Position numbers and translations under genes: made by a program
Notes under the pieces: generated by a model
Databases searched by the model: none
What the model was told of the DNA's origin: nothing
What the model saw: the letters and a program-made list of their open reading frames with translations, nothing else
Shown: positions 48,801-61,700 of the stretch, one piece after another
Layout of the letters: every line of letters starts with the position of its first letter
Position numbering within the stretch: position 1 is the stretch's first letter
Source of the DNA: the human T2T-CHM13v2.0 reference genome, Homo sapiens
DNA: 64,000 nucleotides
Assembly (NCBI RefSeq): GCF_009914755.1
Contig: NC_060940.1
Direction: 5' to 3' (one strand)

Positions 48801-51800
48801 TCATTCAGCAGTTTGGAAACACTCTGTTTGTAAAGTCTGCAAGTGGATATCTTGGCCTCTTAGAGGCCTTCGTTGGAAACGCGTTTTTTCATGTAAGGTT
48901 AGACAGAGGAATTCCCAGTGACTTCCTTGTGTTGTGTGCATTCAACTCACAGAGTTGAATGATTCTTTACACAGAGCAGATTGGAGACACACTTTTGGTG
49001 GAATTTGTAAGTGGAGAATTCAGCCGCTTTGAGGTCAACGGTAGAAAAGGAAATATCTTCGTATAAAAACTAGAAAGAATGATTCTCAGAAACTGTTTTG
49101 TGATGTGTGCGTTCAACTCACAGAGTTTAACCTTTCTTTTCAAAGAGCAGTTAGGAAACACTCTGTTTGTAAAGTCTGCAAGTGGATATTCAGACCTCTT
49201 TGAAGCCTTCGTTGGAAACGGGATTTCATCATATTATGCTAGACAGATGAATTCTCAGTAACTTCATTGTGTTGTGTGTATTCAACTCACAGAGTTGAAC
49301 GATCCTTTACACAGAGCAGATTTGAAACACTTTTTCTGGAATTTGCAAGTGGAGATTTCAGCCGCTTTGAGGTCAATGGTAGAAAAGGAAATATCTTCGT
49401 ATAAAAACTGGACAGAATGATTCTCAGAAACTCCTTTGTGATGTGTGCGTTCAACTCACAGAGTTTAATCTTTCTTTTCACAGAGCAGTTAGGAAACACT
49501 CTGTTTGTGAAGCCTGCCAGTGGATATTCGGACCTCTTTGAGGCCTTCGTTGGAAACGGGATTTCTTCATATTTTGCTAGACAGAAGATTTCTCAGTAAC
49601 TTCTTTGTGTTGTGTGTATGCAACTCACAGAGTTCAACCTTCCTTTAGACAGAGCAGATTTGAAACACTCTTTTTGTGGAATTTGCAAGTGGAAATTTCA
49701 AGCGCATCGATGCCAATGGTAGAAAAGGAAATATCTTCGTATAAAAACAAGACAAACTCGTTCCCAGACACTGCGTAGTGATGTGTGTGTTTAACTCACA
49801 GAGTTTAACCTTTCTTTTCATACAGCATTCTGGAAACCCTCTGTTTGTAAAGTCTGCAAGTGGATATTTGGACCTCTTAGATGCCTTCGTTGGAAACGGG
49901 ATTTCCTCATATAATGCTAGAGGGAAGAATTCTTAGTAACTTCTTTGTGTTGTGTGTATTCAACTGACAGAGTTGAACCTTCCTTTAGACAGAGCAGATT
50001 TGAAAGTCTCTTTTTGTGGAATTTGCAAGTGGAGATTTCAAGCGCTTTGAGGCCAAAACCAGAAAAGGAAATATTTTCCTATAAAAACTAGACAGAATCT
50101 TTCTCAGAAACTGCTCTGGGATGTGTGCGTTCAACTCACAGAGTTTAACTTTTCTTTTCATTCAGCAGTTTGGAAACACTCTGTTTGGAAAGTCTGCACG
50201 TGGATATTTTGACCTCTTTGAGGCCTTCGTTGGAAACGGGTGTTTTTCATGTAAGGCTAGACAGAAGAAATCTCAGTAACTTCCTTGTGTTGTGTGTATT
50301 CAACTGACAGAGTTGAACCTTCCTTTAGACAGAGCAGATTCGAAACACTCTTTTTCTGCAATTTGCAAGTGGAGACTTCAAGCGCTTTGAGGCCAAAGGC
50401 AGAAAAGGATATATCTTCGTATAAAAACCCGACAGAATCATTCTCAGAAACTGCTCTGTGATGTGTGCGTTCAACTCACAGAGTTTAACTTTTCTTTTCA
50501 TTCAGCAGTTTGGAAACACTCTGTTTGTAAAGTCTGCAAGTGGATATCTTGGCCTCTTAGAGGCCTTCGTTGGAAACGGGTTTTTTCATGTAAGGTTAGA
50601 CAGAGGAATTCCCAGTAACTTCCTTGTGTTGTGTGCATTCAACTCACAGAGTTGAATGATTCTTTACACAGAGCAGATTTGAGACACTCTTTGGGTGGAA
50701 TTTGTAAGTGGAGAATTCAGCCGCTTTGAGGTCAACGGTAGAAAAGGAAATACCTTCGTATAAAAACTAGACAGAATGATTCTCAGAAACTGTTTTGTGA
50801 TGTGTGCGTTCAACTCACAGAGTTTAACCTTTCTTTTCAAAGAGCAGTTAGGAAACACTCTGTAAAGTCTGCAAGTGGATATTCAGACCTCTTTGAGGCC
50901 TTCGTTGGAAACGGGATTTCTTCATATAATGCTAGAGGGAAGAATTCTTAGTAACTTCTTTGTGTTGTGTGTATTCAACTGACAGAGTTGAACCTTCCTT
51001 TAGACAGAGCAGATTTGAAAGTCTCTTTTTGTGGAATTTGCAAGTGGAGATTTCAAGCGCTTTGAGGCCAAAAGCAGAAAAGGAAATATTTTCCTATAAA
51101 AACTAGAGAGAATCATTCTCAGAAACTGCTCTGTGATGTGTGTGTTCAACTCACAGAGTTTAACTTTCTTTTCATTCAGCAGTTTGGAAACACTCTGTTT
51201 GGAAAGTCTGCACGTGGATATTTTGACCTCTTTGAGGCCTTCGTTGGAAACGGGTTTTTTTCATGTAAGGCTAGACAGAAGAAATCTCAGTAACTTCCTT
51301 GTGTTGTGTGTATTTAACTGACAGAGTTGAACCTTCCTTTAGACAGAGCAGATTCGAAACGCTCTTTTTCTGCAATTTGCAAGTGGAGACTTCAAGCGCT
51401 TTGAGGCCAAAGGCAGAAAAGGAAATATCTTCGTATAAAAACCCGACAGAATCATTCTCAGAAACTGCTCTGTGATGTGTGCGTTCAACTCACAGAGTTT
51501 AACTTTTCTTTTCATTCAGCAGTTTGGAAACACTCTGTTTGTAAAGTCTGCAAGTGGATATCTTGGCCTCTTAGAGGCCTTCGTTGGAAACGCGTTTTTT
51601 CATGTAAGGTTAGACAGAGGAATTCCCAGTGACTTCCTTGTGTTGTGTGCATTCAACTCACAGAGTTGAATGATTCTTTACACAGAGCAGATTGGAGACA
51701 CACTTTTGGTGGAATTTGTAAGTGGAGAATTCAGCCGCTTTGAGGTCAACGGTAGAAAAGGAAATATCTTCGTATAAAAACTAGAAAGAATGATTCTCAG

Positions 51801-54800
51801 AAACTGTTTTGTGATGTGTGCGTTCAACTCACAGAGTTTAACCTTTCTTTTCAAAGAGCAGTTAGGAAACACTCTGTTTGTAAAGTCTGCAAGTGGATAT
51901 TCAGACCTCTTTGAAGCCTTCGTTGGAAACGGGATTTCATCATATTATGCTAGACAGATGAATTCTCAGTAACTTCATTGTGTTGTGTGTATTCAACTCA
52001 CAGAGTTGAACGATCCTTTACACAGAGCAGATTTGAAACACTTTTTCTGGAATTTGCAAGTGGAGATTTCAGCCGCTTTGAGGTCAATGGTAGAAAAGGA
52101 AATATCTTCGTATAAAAACTGGACAGAATGATTCTCAGAAACTCCTTTGTGATGTGTGCGTTCAACTCACAGAGTTTAACCTTTCTTTTCACAGAGCAGT
52201 TAGGAAACACTCTGTTTGTGAAGCCTGCCAGTGGATATTCGGACCTCTTTGAGGCCTTCGTTGGAAACGGGATTTCTTCATATTTTGCTAGACAGAAGAT
52301 TTCTCAGTAACTTCTTTGTGTTGTGTGTATGCAACTCACAGAGTTCAACCTTCCTTTAGACAGAGCAGATTTGAAACACTCTTTTTGTGGAATTTGCAAG
52401 TGGAAATTTCAAGCGCATCGATGCCAATGGTAGAAAAGGAAATATCTTCGTATAAAAACAAGACAAACTCGTTCCCAGACACTGCGTAGTGATGTGTGTG
52501 TTTAACTCACAGAGTTTAACCTTTCTTTTCATACAGCATTCTGGAAACCCTCTGTTTGTAAAGTCTGCAAGTGGATATTTGGACCTCTTAGATGCCTTCG
52601 TTGGAAACGGGATTTCCTCATATAATGCTAGAGGGAAGAATTCTTAGTAACTTCTTTGTGTTGTGTGTATTCAACTGACAGAGTTGAACCTTCCTTTAGA
52701 CAGAGCAGATTTGAAAGTCTCTTTTTGTGGAATTTGCAAGTGGAGATTTCAAGCGCTTTGAGGCCAAAAGCAGAAAAGGAAATATTTTCCTATAAAAACT
52801 AGACAGAATCTTTCTCAGAAACTGCTCTGGGATGTGTGCGTTCAACTCACAGAGTTTAACTTTTCTTTTCATTCAGCAGTTTGGAAACACTCTGTTTGGA
52901 AAGTCTGCACGTGGATATTTTGACCTCTTTGAGGCCTTCGTTGGAAACGGGTGTTTTTCATGTAAGGCTAGACAGAAGAAATCTCAGTAACTTCCTTGTG
53001 TTGTGTGTATTCAACTGACAGAGTTGAACCTTCCTTTAGACAGAGCAGATTCGAAACACTCTTTTTCTGCAATTTGCAAGTGGAGACTTCAAGCGCTTTG
53101 AGGCCAAAGGCAGAAAAGGATATATCTTCGTATAAAAACCCGACAGAATCATTCTCAGAAACTGCTCTGTGATGTGTGCGTTCAACTCACAGAGTTTAAC
53201 TTTTCTTTTCATTCAGCAGTTTGGAAACACTCTGTTTGTAAAGTCTGCAAGTGGATATCTTGGCCTCTTAGAGGCCTTCGTTGGAAACGGGTTTTTTCAT
53301 GTAAGGTTAGACAGAGGAATTCCCAGTAACTTCCTTGTGTTGTGTGCATTCAACTCACAGAGTTGAATGATTCTTTACACAGAGCAGATTTGAGACACTC
53401 TTTGGGTGGAATTTGTAAGTGGAGAATTCAGCCGCTTTGAGGTCAACGGTAGAAAAGGAAATACCTTCGTATAAAAACTAGACAGAATGATTCTCAGAAA
53501 CTGTTTTGTGATGTGTGCGTTCAACTCACAGAGTTTAACCTTTCTTTTCAAAGAGCAGTTAGGAAACACTCTGTAAAGTCTGCAAGTGGATATTCAGACC
53601 TCTTTGAGGCCTTCGTTGGAAACGGGATTTCTTCATATAATGCTAGAGGGAAGAATTCTTAGTAACTTCTTTGTGTTGTGTGTATTCAACTGACAGAGTT
53701 GAACCTTCCTTTAGACAGAGCAGATTTGAAAGTCTCTTTTTGTGGAATTTGCAAGTGGAGATTTCAAGCGCTTTGAGGCCAAAAGCAGAAAAGGAAATAT
53801 TTTCCTATAAAAACTAGAGAGAATCATTCTCAGAAACTGCTCTGTGATGTGTGTGTTCAACTCACAGAGTTTAACTTTCTTTTCATTCAGCAGTTTGGAA
53901 ACACTCTGTTTGGAAAGTCTGCACGTGGATATTTTGACCTCTTTGAGGCCTTCGTTGGAAACGGGTTTTTTTCATGTAAGGCTAGACAGAAGAAATCTCA
54001 GTAACTTCCTTGTGTTGTGTGTATTTAACTGACAGAGTTGAACCTTCCTTTAGACAGAGCAGATTCGAAACGCTCTTTTTCTGCAATTTGCAAGTGGAGA
54101 CTTCAAGCGCTTTGAGGCCAAAGGCAGAAAAGGAAATATCTTCGTATAAAAACCCGACAGAATCATTCTCAGAAACTGCTCTGTGATGTGTGCGTTCAAC
54201 TCACAGAGTTTAACTTTTCTTTTCATTCAGCAGTTTGGAAACACTCTGTTTGTAAAGTCTGCAAGTGGATATCTTGGCCTCTTAGAGGCCTTCGTTGGAA
54301 ACGCGTTTTTTCATGTAAGGTTAGACAGAGGAATTCCCAGTGACTTCCTTGTGTTGTGTGCATTCAACTCACAGAGTTGAATGATTCTTTACACAGAGCA
54401 GATTGGAGACACACTTTTGGTGGAATTTGTAAGTGGAGAATTCAGCCGCTTTGAGGTCAACGGTAGAAAAGGAAATATCTTCGTATAAAAACTAGAAAGA
54501 ATGATTCTCAGAAACTGTTTTGTGATGTGTGCGTTCAACTCACAGAGTTTAACCTTTCTTTTCAAAGAGCAGTTAGGAAACACTCTGTTTGTAAAGTCTG
54601 CAAGTGGATATTCAGACCTCTTTGAAGCCTTCGTTGGAAACGGGATTTCATCATATTATGCTAGACAGATGAATTCTCAGTAACTTCCTTGTGTTGTGTG
54701 TATTCAACTCACAGAGTTGAACGATCCTTTACACAGAGCAGATTTGAAACACTTTTTCTGGAATTTGCAAGTGGAGATTTCAGCCGCTTTGAGGTCAATG

Positions 54801-57800
54801 GTAGAAAAGGAAATATCTTCGTATAAAAACTGGACAGAATGATTCTCAGAAACTCCTTTGTGATGTGTGCGTTCAACTCACAGAGTTTAACCTTTCTTTT
54901 CACAGAGCAGTTAGGAAACACTCTGTTTGTGAAGCCTGCCAGTGGATATTCGGACCTCTTTGAGGCCTTCGTTGGAAACGGGATTTCTTCATATTTTGCT
55001 AGACAGAAGATTTCTCAGTAACTTCTTTGTGTTGTGTGTATGCAACTCACAGAGTTCAACCTTCCTTTAGACAGAGCAGATTTGAAACACTCTTTTTGTG
55101 GAATTTGCAAGTGGAAATTTCAAGCGCATCGATGCCAATGGTAGAAAAGGAAATATCTTCGTATAAAAACAAGACAAACTCGTTCCCAGACACTGCGTAG
55201 TGATGTGTGTGTTTAACTCACAGAGTTTAACCTTTCTTTTCATACAGCATTCTGGAAACCCTCTGTTTGTAAAGTCTGCAAGTGGATATTTGGACCTCTT
55301 AGATGCCTTCGTTGGAAACGGGATTTCCTCATATAATGCTAGAGGGAAGAATTCTTAGTAACTTCTTTGTGTTGTGTGTATTCAACTGACAGAGTTGAAC
55401 CTTCCTTTAGACAGAGCAGATTTGAAAGTCTCTTTTTGTGGAATTTGCAAGTGGAGATTTCAAGCGCTTTGAGGCCAAAAGCAGAAAAGGAAATATTTTC
55501 CTATAAAAACTAGACAGAATCTTTCTCAGAAACTGCTCTGGGATGTGTGCGTTCAACTCACAGAGTTTAACTTTTCTTTTCATTCAGCAGTTTGGAAACA
55601 CTCTGTTTGGAAAGTCTGCACGTGGATATTTTGACCTCTTTGAGGCCTTCGTTGGAAACGGGTGTTTTTCATGTAAGGCTAGACAGAAGAAATCTCAGTA
55701 ACTTCCTTGTGTTGTGTGTATTCAACTGACAGAGTTGAACCTTCCTTTAGACAGAGCAGATTCGAAACACTCTTTTTCTGCAATTTGCAAGTGGAGACTT
55801 CAAGCGCTTTGAGGCCAAAGGCAGAAAAGGATATATCTTCGTATAAAAACCCGACAGAATCATTCTCAGAAACTGCTCTGTGATGTGTGCGTTCAACTCA
55901 CAGAGTTTAACTTTTCTTTTCATTCAGCAGTTTGGAAACACTCTGTTTGTAAAGTCTGCAAGTGGATATCTTGGCCTCTTAGAGGCCTTCGTTGGAAACG
56001 GGTTTTTTCATGTAAGGTTAGACAGAGGAATTCCCAGTAACTTCCTTGTGTTGTGTGCATTCAACTCACAGAGTTGAATGATTCTTTACACAGAGCAGAT
56101 TTGAGACACTCTTTGGGTGGAATTTGTAAGTGGAGAATTCAGCCGCTTTGAGGGCAACGGTAGAAAAGGAAATACCTTCGTATAAAAACTAGACAGAATG
56201 ATTCTCAGAAACTGTTTTGTGATGTGTGCGTTCAACTCACAGAGTTTAACCTTTCTTTTCAAAGAGCAGTTAGGAAACACTCTGTAAAGTCTGCAAGTGG
56301 ATATTCAGACCTCTTTGAGGCCTTCGTTGGAAACGGGATTTCTTCATATAATGCTAGAGGGAAGAATTCTTAGTAACTTCTTTGTGTTGTGTGTATTCAA
56401 CTGACAGAGTTGAACCTTCCTTTAGACAGAGCAGATTTGAAAGTCTCTTTTTGTGGAATTTGCAAGTGGAGATTTCAAGCGCTTTGAGGCCAAAAGCAGA
56501 AAAGGAAATATTTTCCTATAAAAACTAGAGAGAATCATTCTCAGAAACTGCTCTGTGATGTGTGTGTTCAACTCACAGAGTTTAACTTTCTTTTCATTCA
56601 GCAGTTTGGAAACACTCTGTTTGGAAAGTCTGCACGTGGATATTTTGACCTCTTTGAGGCCTTCGTTGGAAACGGGTTTTTTTCATGTAAGGCTAGACAG
56701 AAGAAATCTCAGTAACTTCCTTGTGTTGTGTGTATTTAACTGACAGAGTTGAACCTTCCTTTAGACAGAGCAGATTCGAAACGCTCTTTTTCTGCAATTT
56801 GCAAGTGGAGACTTCAAGCGCTTTGAGGCCAAAGGCAGAAAAGGAAATATCTTCGTATAAAAACCCGACAGAATCATTCTCAGAAACTGCTCTGTGATGT
56901 GTGCGTTCAACTCACAGAGTTTAACTTTTCTTTTCATTCAGCAGTTTGGAAACACTCTGTTTGTAAAGTCTGCAAGTGGATATCTTGGCCTCTTAGAGGC
57001 CTTCGTTGGAAACGCGTTTTTTCATGTAAGGTTAGACAGAGGAATTCCCAGTGACTTCCTTGTGTTGTGTGCATTCAACTCACAGAGTTGAATGATTCTT
57101 TACACAGAGCAGATTGGAGACACACTTTTGGTGGAATTTGTAAGTGGAGAATTCAGCCGCTTTGAGGTCAACGGTAGAAAAGGAAATATCTTCGTATAAA
57201 AACTAGAAAGAATGATTCTCAGAAACTGTTTTGTGATGTGTGCGTTCAACTCACAGAGTTTAACCTTTCTTTTCAAAGAGCAGTTAGGAAACACTCTGTT
57301 TGTAAAGTCTGCAAGTGGATATTCAGACCTCTTTGAAGCCTTCGTTGGAAACGGGATTTCATCATATTATGCTAGACAGATGAATTCTCAGTAACTTCAT
57401 TGTGTTGTGTGTATTCAACTCACAGAGTTGAACGATCCTTTACACAGAGCAGATTTGAAACACTTTTTCTGGAATTTGCAAGTGGAGATTTCAGCCGCTT
57501 TGAGGTCAATGGTAGAAAAGGAAATATCTTCGTATAAAAACTGGACAGAATGATTCTCAGAAACTCCTTTGTGATGTGTGCGTTCAACTCACAGAGTTTA
57601 ACCTTTCTTTTCACAGAGCAGTTAGGAAACACTCTGTTTGTGAAGCCTGCCAGTGGATATTCGGACCTCTTTGAGGCCTTCGTTGGAAACGGGATTTCTT
57701 CATATTTTGCTAGACAGAAGATTTCTCAGTAACTTCTTTGTGTTGTGTGTATGCAACTCACAGAGTTCAACCTTCCTTTAGACAGAGCAGATTTGAAACA

Positions 57801-58796
57801 CTCTTTTTGTGGAATTTGCAAGTGGAAATTTCAAGCGCATCGATGCCAATGGTAGAAAAGGAAATTTCTTCGTATAAAAACAAGACAAACTCGTTCCCAG
57901 ACACTGCGTAGTGATGTGTGTGTTTAACTCACAGAGTTTAACCTTTCTTTTCATACAGCATTCTGGAAACCCTCTGTTTGTAAAGTCTGCAAGTGGATAT
58001 TTGGACCTCTTAGATGCCTTCGTTGGAAACGGGATTTCCTCATATAATGCTAGAGGGAAGAATTCTTAGTAACTTCTTTGTGTTGTGTGTATTCAACTGA
58101 CAGAGTTGAACCTTCCTTTAGACAGAGCAGATTTGAAAGTCTCTTTTTGTGGAATTTGCAAGTGGAGATTTCAAGCGCTTTGAGGCCAAAAGCAGAAAAG
58201 GAAATATTTTCCTATAAAAACTAGACAGAATCTTTCTCAGAAACTGCTCTGGGATGTGTGCGTTCAACTCACAGAGTTTAACTTTTCTTTTCATTCAGCA
58301 GTTTGGAAACACTCTGTTTGGAAAGTCTGCACGTGGATATTTTGACCTCTTTGAGGCCTTCGTTGGAAACGGGTGTTTTTCATGTAAGGCTAGACAGAAG
58401 AAATCTCAGTAACTTCCTTGTGTTGTGTGTATTCAACTGACAGAGTTGAACCTTCCTTTAGACAGAGCAGATTCGAAACACTCTTTTTCTGCAATTTGCA
58501 AGTGGAGACTTCAAGCGCTTTGAGGCCAAAGGCAGAAAAGGATATATCTTCGTATAAAAACCCGACAGAATCATTCTCAGAAACTGCTCTGTGATGTGTG
58601 CGTTCAACTCACAGAGTTTAACTTTTCTTTTCATTCAGCAGTTTGGAAACACTCTGTTTGTAAAGTCTGCAAGTGGATATCTTGGCCTCTTAGAGGCCTT
58701 CGTTGGAAACGGGTTTTTTCATGTAAGGTTAGACAGAGGAATTCCCAGTAACTTCCTTGTGTTGTGTGCATTCAACTCACAGAGTTGAATGATTCT
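39820..58796 (+). repeat. 16-mer super-HOR array B (2711-bp period, 7 near-identical units)
   Basis: Marker positions 39820, 42531, 45242, 47953, 50664, 53375, 56086 and 58797, with sub-spacing 1014/1697. Confidence 0.95.
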
Positions 58797-61700
58797 TTAC
58801 ACAGAGCAGATTTGAGACACTCTTTTGGTGGAATTTGTAAGTGGAGAATTCAGCCGCTTTGAGGTCAACGGTAGAAAAGGAAATACCTTCGTATAAAAAC
58901 TAGACAGAATGATTCTCAGAAACTGTTTTGTGATGTGTGCGTTCAACTCACAGAGTTTAACCTTTCTTTTCAGAGAGCAGTTAGGAAACACTCTGTAAAG
59001 TCTGCAAGTGGATATTCAGACCCCTTTGAGTCCTTCGTTGGAAACGGGATTTCTTCATATAATGCTAGAGGGAAGAATTCTTAGTAACTTCTTTGTGTTG
59101 TGTGTATTCAACTGACAGAGTTGAACCTTCCTTTAGACAGAGCAGATTTGAAAGTCTCTGTTTCTGGAATTTGCAAGTGGAGATTTCAAGCGCTTTGAGG
59201 CCAAAAGCAGAAAAGGAAATATTTTCCTATAAAAACTAGAGAGAATCATTCTCAGAAACTGCTCTGTGACGTGTGTGTTCAACTCACAGAGTTTAACTTT
59301 CTTTTCATTCAGCAGTTTGGAAACACTCTGTTTGGAAAGTCTGCACGTGGATATTTTGACCTCTTTGAGGCCTTCGTTGGAAACGGGTTTTTTTCATGTA
59401 AGGCTAGACAGAAGAAATCTCAGTAACTTCCTTGTGTTGTGTGTATTTAACTGACAGAGTTGAACCTTCCTTTAGACAGAGCAGATTCGAAACGCTCTTT
59501 TTCTGCAATTTGCAAGTGGCGACTTCAAGCGCTTTGAGGCCAAGGCAGAAAAGGAAATATCTTCGTATAAAAACCCGACAGAATCATTCTCAGAAACTGC
59601 TCTGTGATGTGTGCGTTCAACTCACAGAGTTTAACTTTTCTTTTCATTCAGCAGTTTGGAAACACTCTGTTTGTAAAGTCTGCAAGTGGATATCTTGGCC
59701 TCTTAGAGGCCTTCGTTGGAAACGCGTTTTTTCATGTAAGGTTAGACAGAGGAATTCCCAGTAACTTCCTTGTGTTGTGTGCATTCAACTCACAGAGTTG
59801 AATGATTCTTTACACAGAGCAGATTTGAGACACACTTTTGGTGGAATTTGTAAGTGGAGAATTCAGCCGCTTTGAGGTCAACGGTAGAAAAGGAAATATC
59901 TTCGTATAAAAACTAGAAAGAATGATTCTCAGAAACTGTTTTGTGATGTGTGCGTTCAACTCACAGAGTTTAACCTTTCTTTTCAAAGAGCAGTTAGGAA
60001 ACACTCTGTTTGTAAAGTCTGCAAGTGGATATTCAGACCTCTTTGAAGCCTTCGTTGGAAACGGGATTTCATCATATTATGCTAGACAGATGAATTCTCA
60101 GTAACTTCCTTGTGTTGTGTGTATTCAACTCACAGAGTTGAACGATCCTTTACACAGAGCAGATTTGAAACACTTTTTCTGGAATTTGCAAGTGGAGATT
60201 TCAGCCGCTTTGAGGTCAATGGTAGAAAAGGAAATATCTTCGTATAAAAACTGGACAGAATGATTCTCAGAAACTCCTTTGTGATGTGTGCGTTCAACTC
60301 ACAGAGTTTAACCTTTCTTTTCACAGAGCAGTTAGGAAACACTCTGTTTGTGAAGCCTGCCAGTGGATATTCGGACCTCTTTGAGGCCTTCGTTGGAAAC
60401 GGGATTTCTTCATATTTTGCTAGACAGAAGATTTCTCAGTAACTTCTTTGTGTTGTGTGTATGCAACTCACAGAGTTCAACCTTCCTTTAGACAGAGCAG
60501 ATTTGAAACACTCTTTTTGTGGAATTTGCAAGTGGAAATTTCAAGCGCATCGATGCCAATGGTAGAAAAGGAAATATCTTCGTATAAAAACAAGACAAAC
60601 TCGTTCCCAGACACTGCGTAGTGATGTGTGTGTTTAACTCACAGAGTTTAACCTTTCTTTTCATACAGCATTCTGGAAACCCTCTGTTTGTAAAGTCTGC
60701 AAGTGGATATTTGGACCTCTTAGATGCCTTCGTTGGAAACGGGATTTCCTCATATAATGCTAGAGGGAAGAATTCTTAGTAACTTCTTTGTGTTGTGTGT
60801 ATTCAACTGACAGAGTTGAACCTTCCTTTAGACAGAGCAGATTTGAAAGTCTCTTTTTGTGGAATTTGCAAGTGGAGATTTCAAGCGCTTTGAGGCCAAA
60901 AGCAGAAAAGGAAATATTTTCCTATAAAAACTAGACAGAATCTTTCTCAGAAACTGCTCTGGGATGTGTGCGTTCAACTCACAGAGTTTAACTTTTCTTT
61001 TCATTCAGCAGTTTGGAAACACTGTTTGGAAAGTCTGCACGTGGATATTTTGACCTCTTTGAGGCCTTCGTTGGAAACGGGTTTTTTTCATGTAAGGCTA
61101 GACAGAAGAAATCTCAGTAACTTCCTTGTGTTGTGTGTATTCAACTGACAGAGTTGAACCTTCCTTTAGACAGAGCAGATTCGAAACACTCTTTTTCTGC
61201 AATTTGCAAGTGGAGACTTCAAGCGCTTTGAGGCCAAAGGCAGAAAAGGAAATATCTTCGTATAAAAACCCGACAGAATCATTCTCAGAAACTGCTCTGT
61301 GATGTGTGCGTTCAACTCACAGAGTTTAACTTTTCTTTTCATTCAGCAGTTTGGAAACACTCTGTTTGTAAAGTCTGCAAGTGGATATCTTGGCCTCTTA
61401 GAGGCCTTCGTTGGAAACGGGTTTTTTCATGTAAGGATAGACAGAGGAATTCCCAGTAACTTCCTTGTGTTGTGTGAATTCAACTCACAGAGTTGAATGA
61501 TTCTTTACACAGAGCAGATTTGAGACACTCTTTTGGTGGAATTTGTAAGTGGAGAATTCAGCCGCTTTGAGGTCAACGGTAGAAAAGGAAATATCTTCGT
61601 ATAAAAACTAGACAGAATGATTCTCAGAAACTGTTTTGTGATGTGTGCGTTCAACTCACAGAGTTTAACCTTTCTTTTCAGAGAGCAGTTAGGAAACACT

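Noticed and set aside
39820-58796. Claim that the young 16-mer block is the kinetochore (CENP-A / hypomethylated) site
   Set aside because: This is epigenetic and cannot be read from sequence; homogeneity alone is insufficient.
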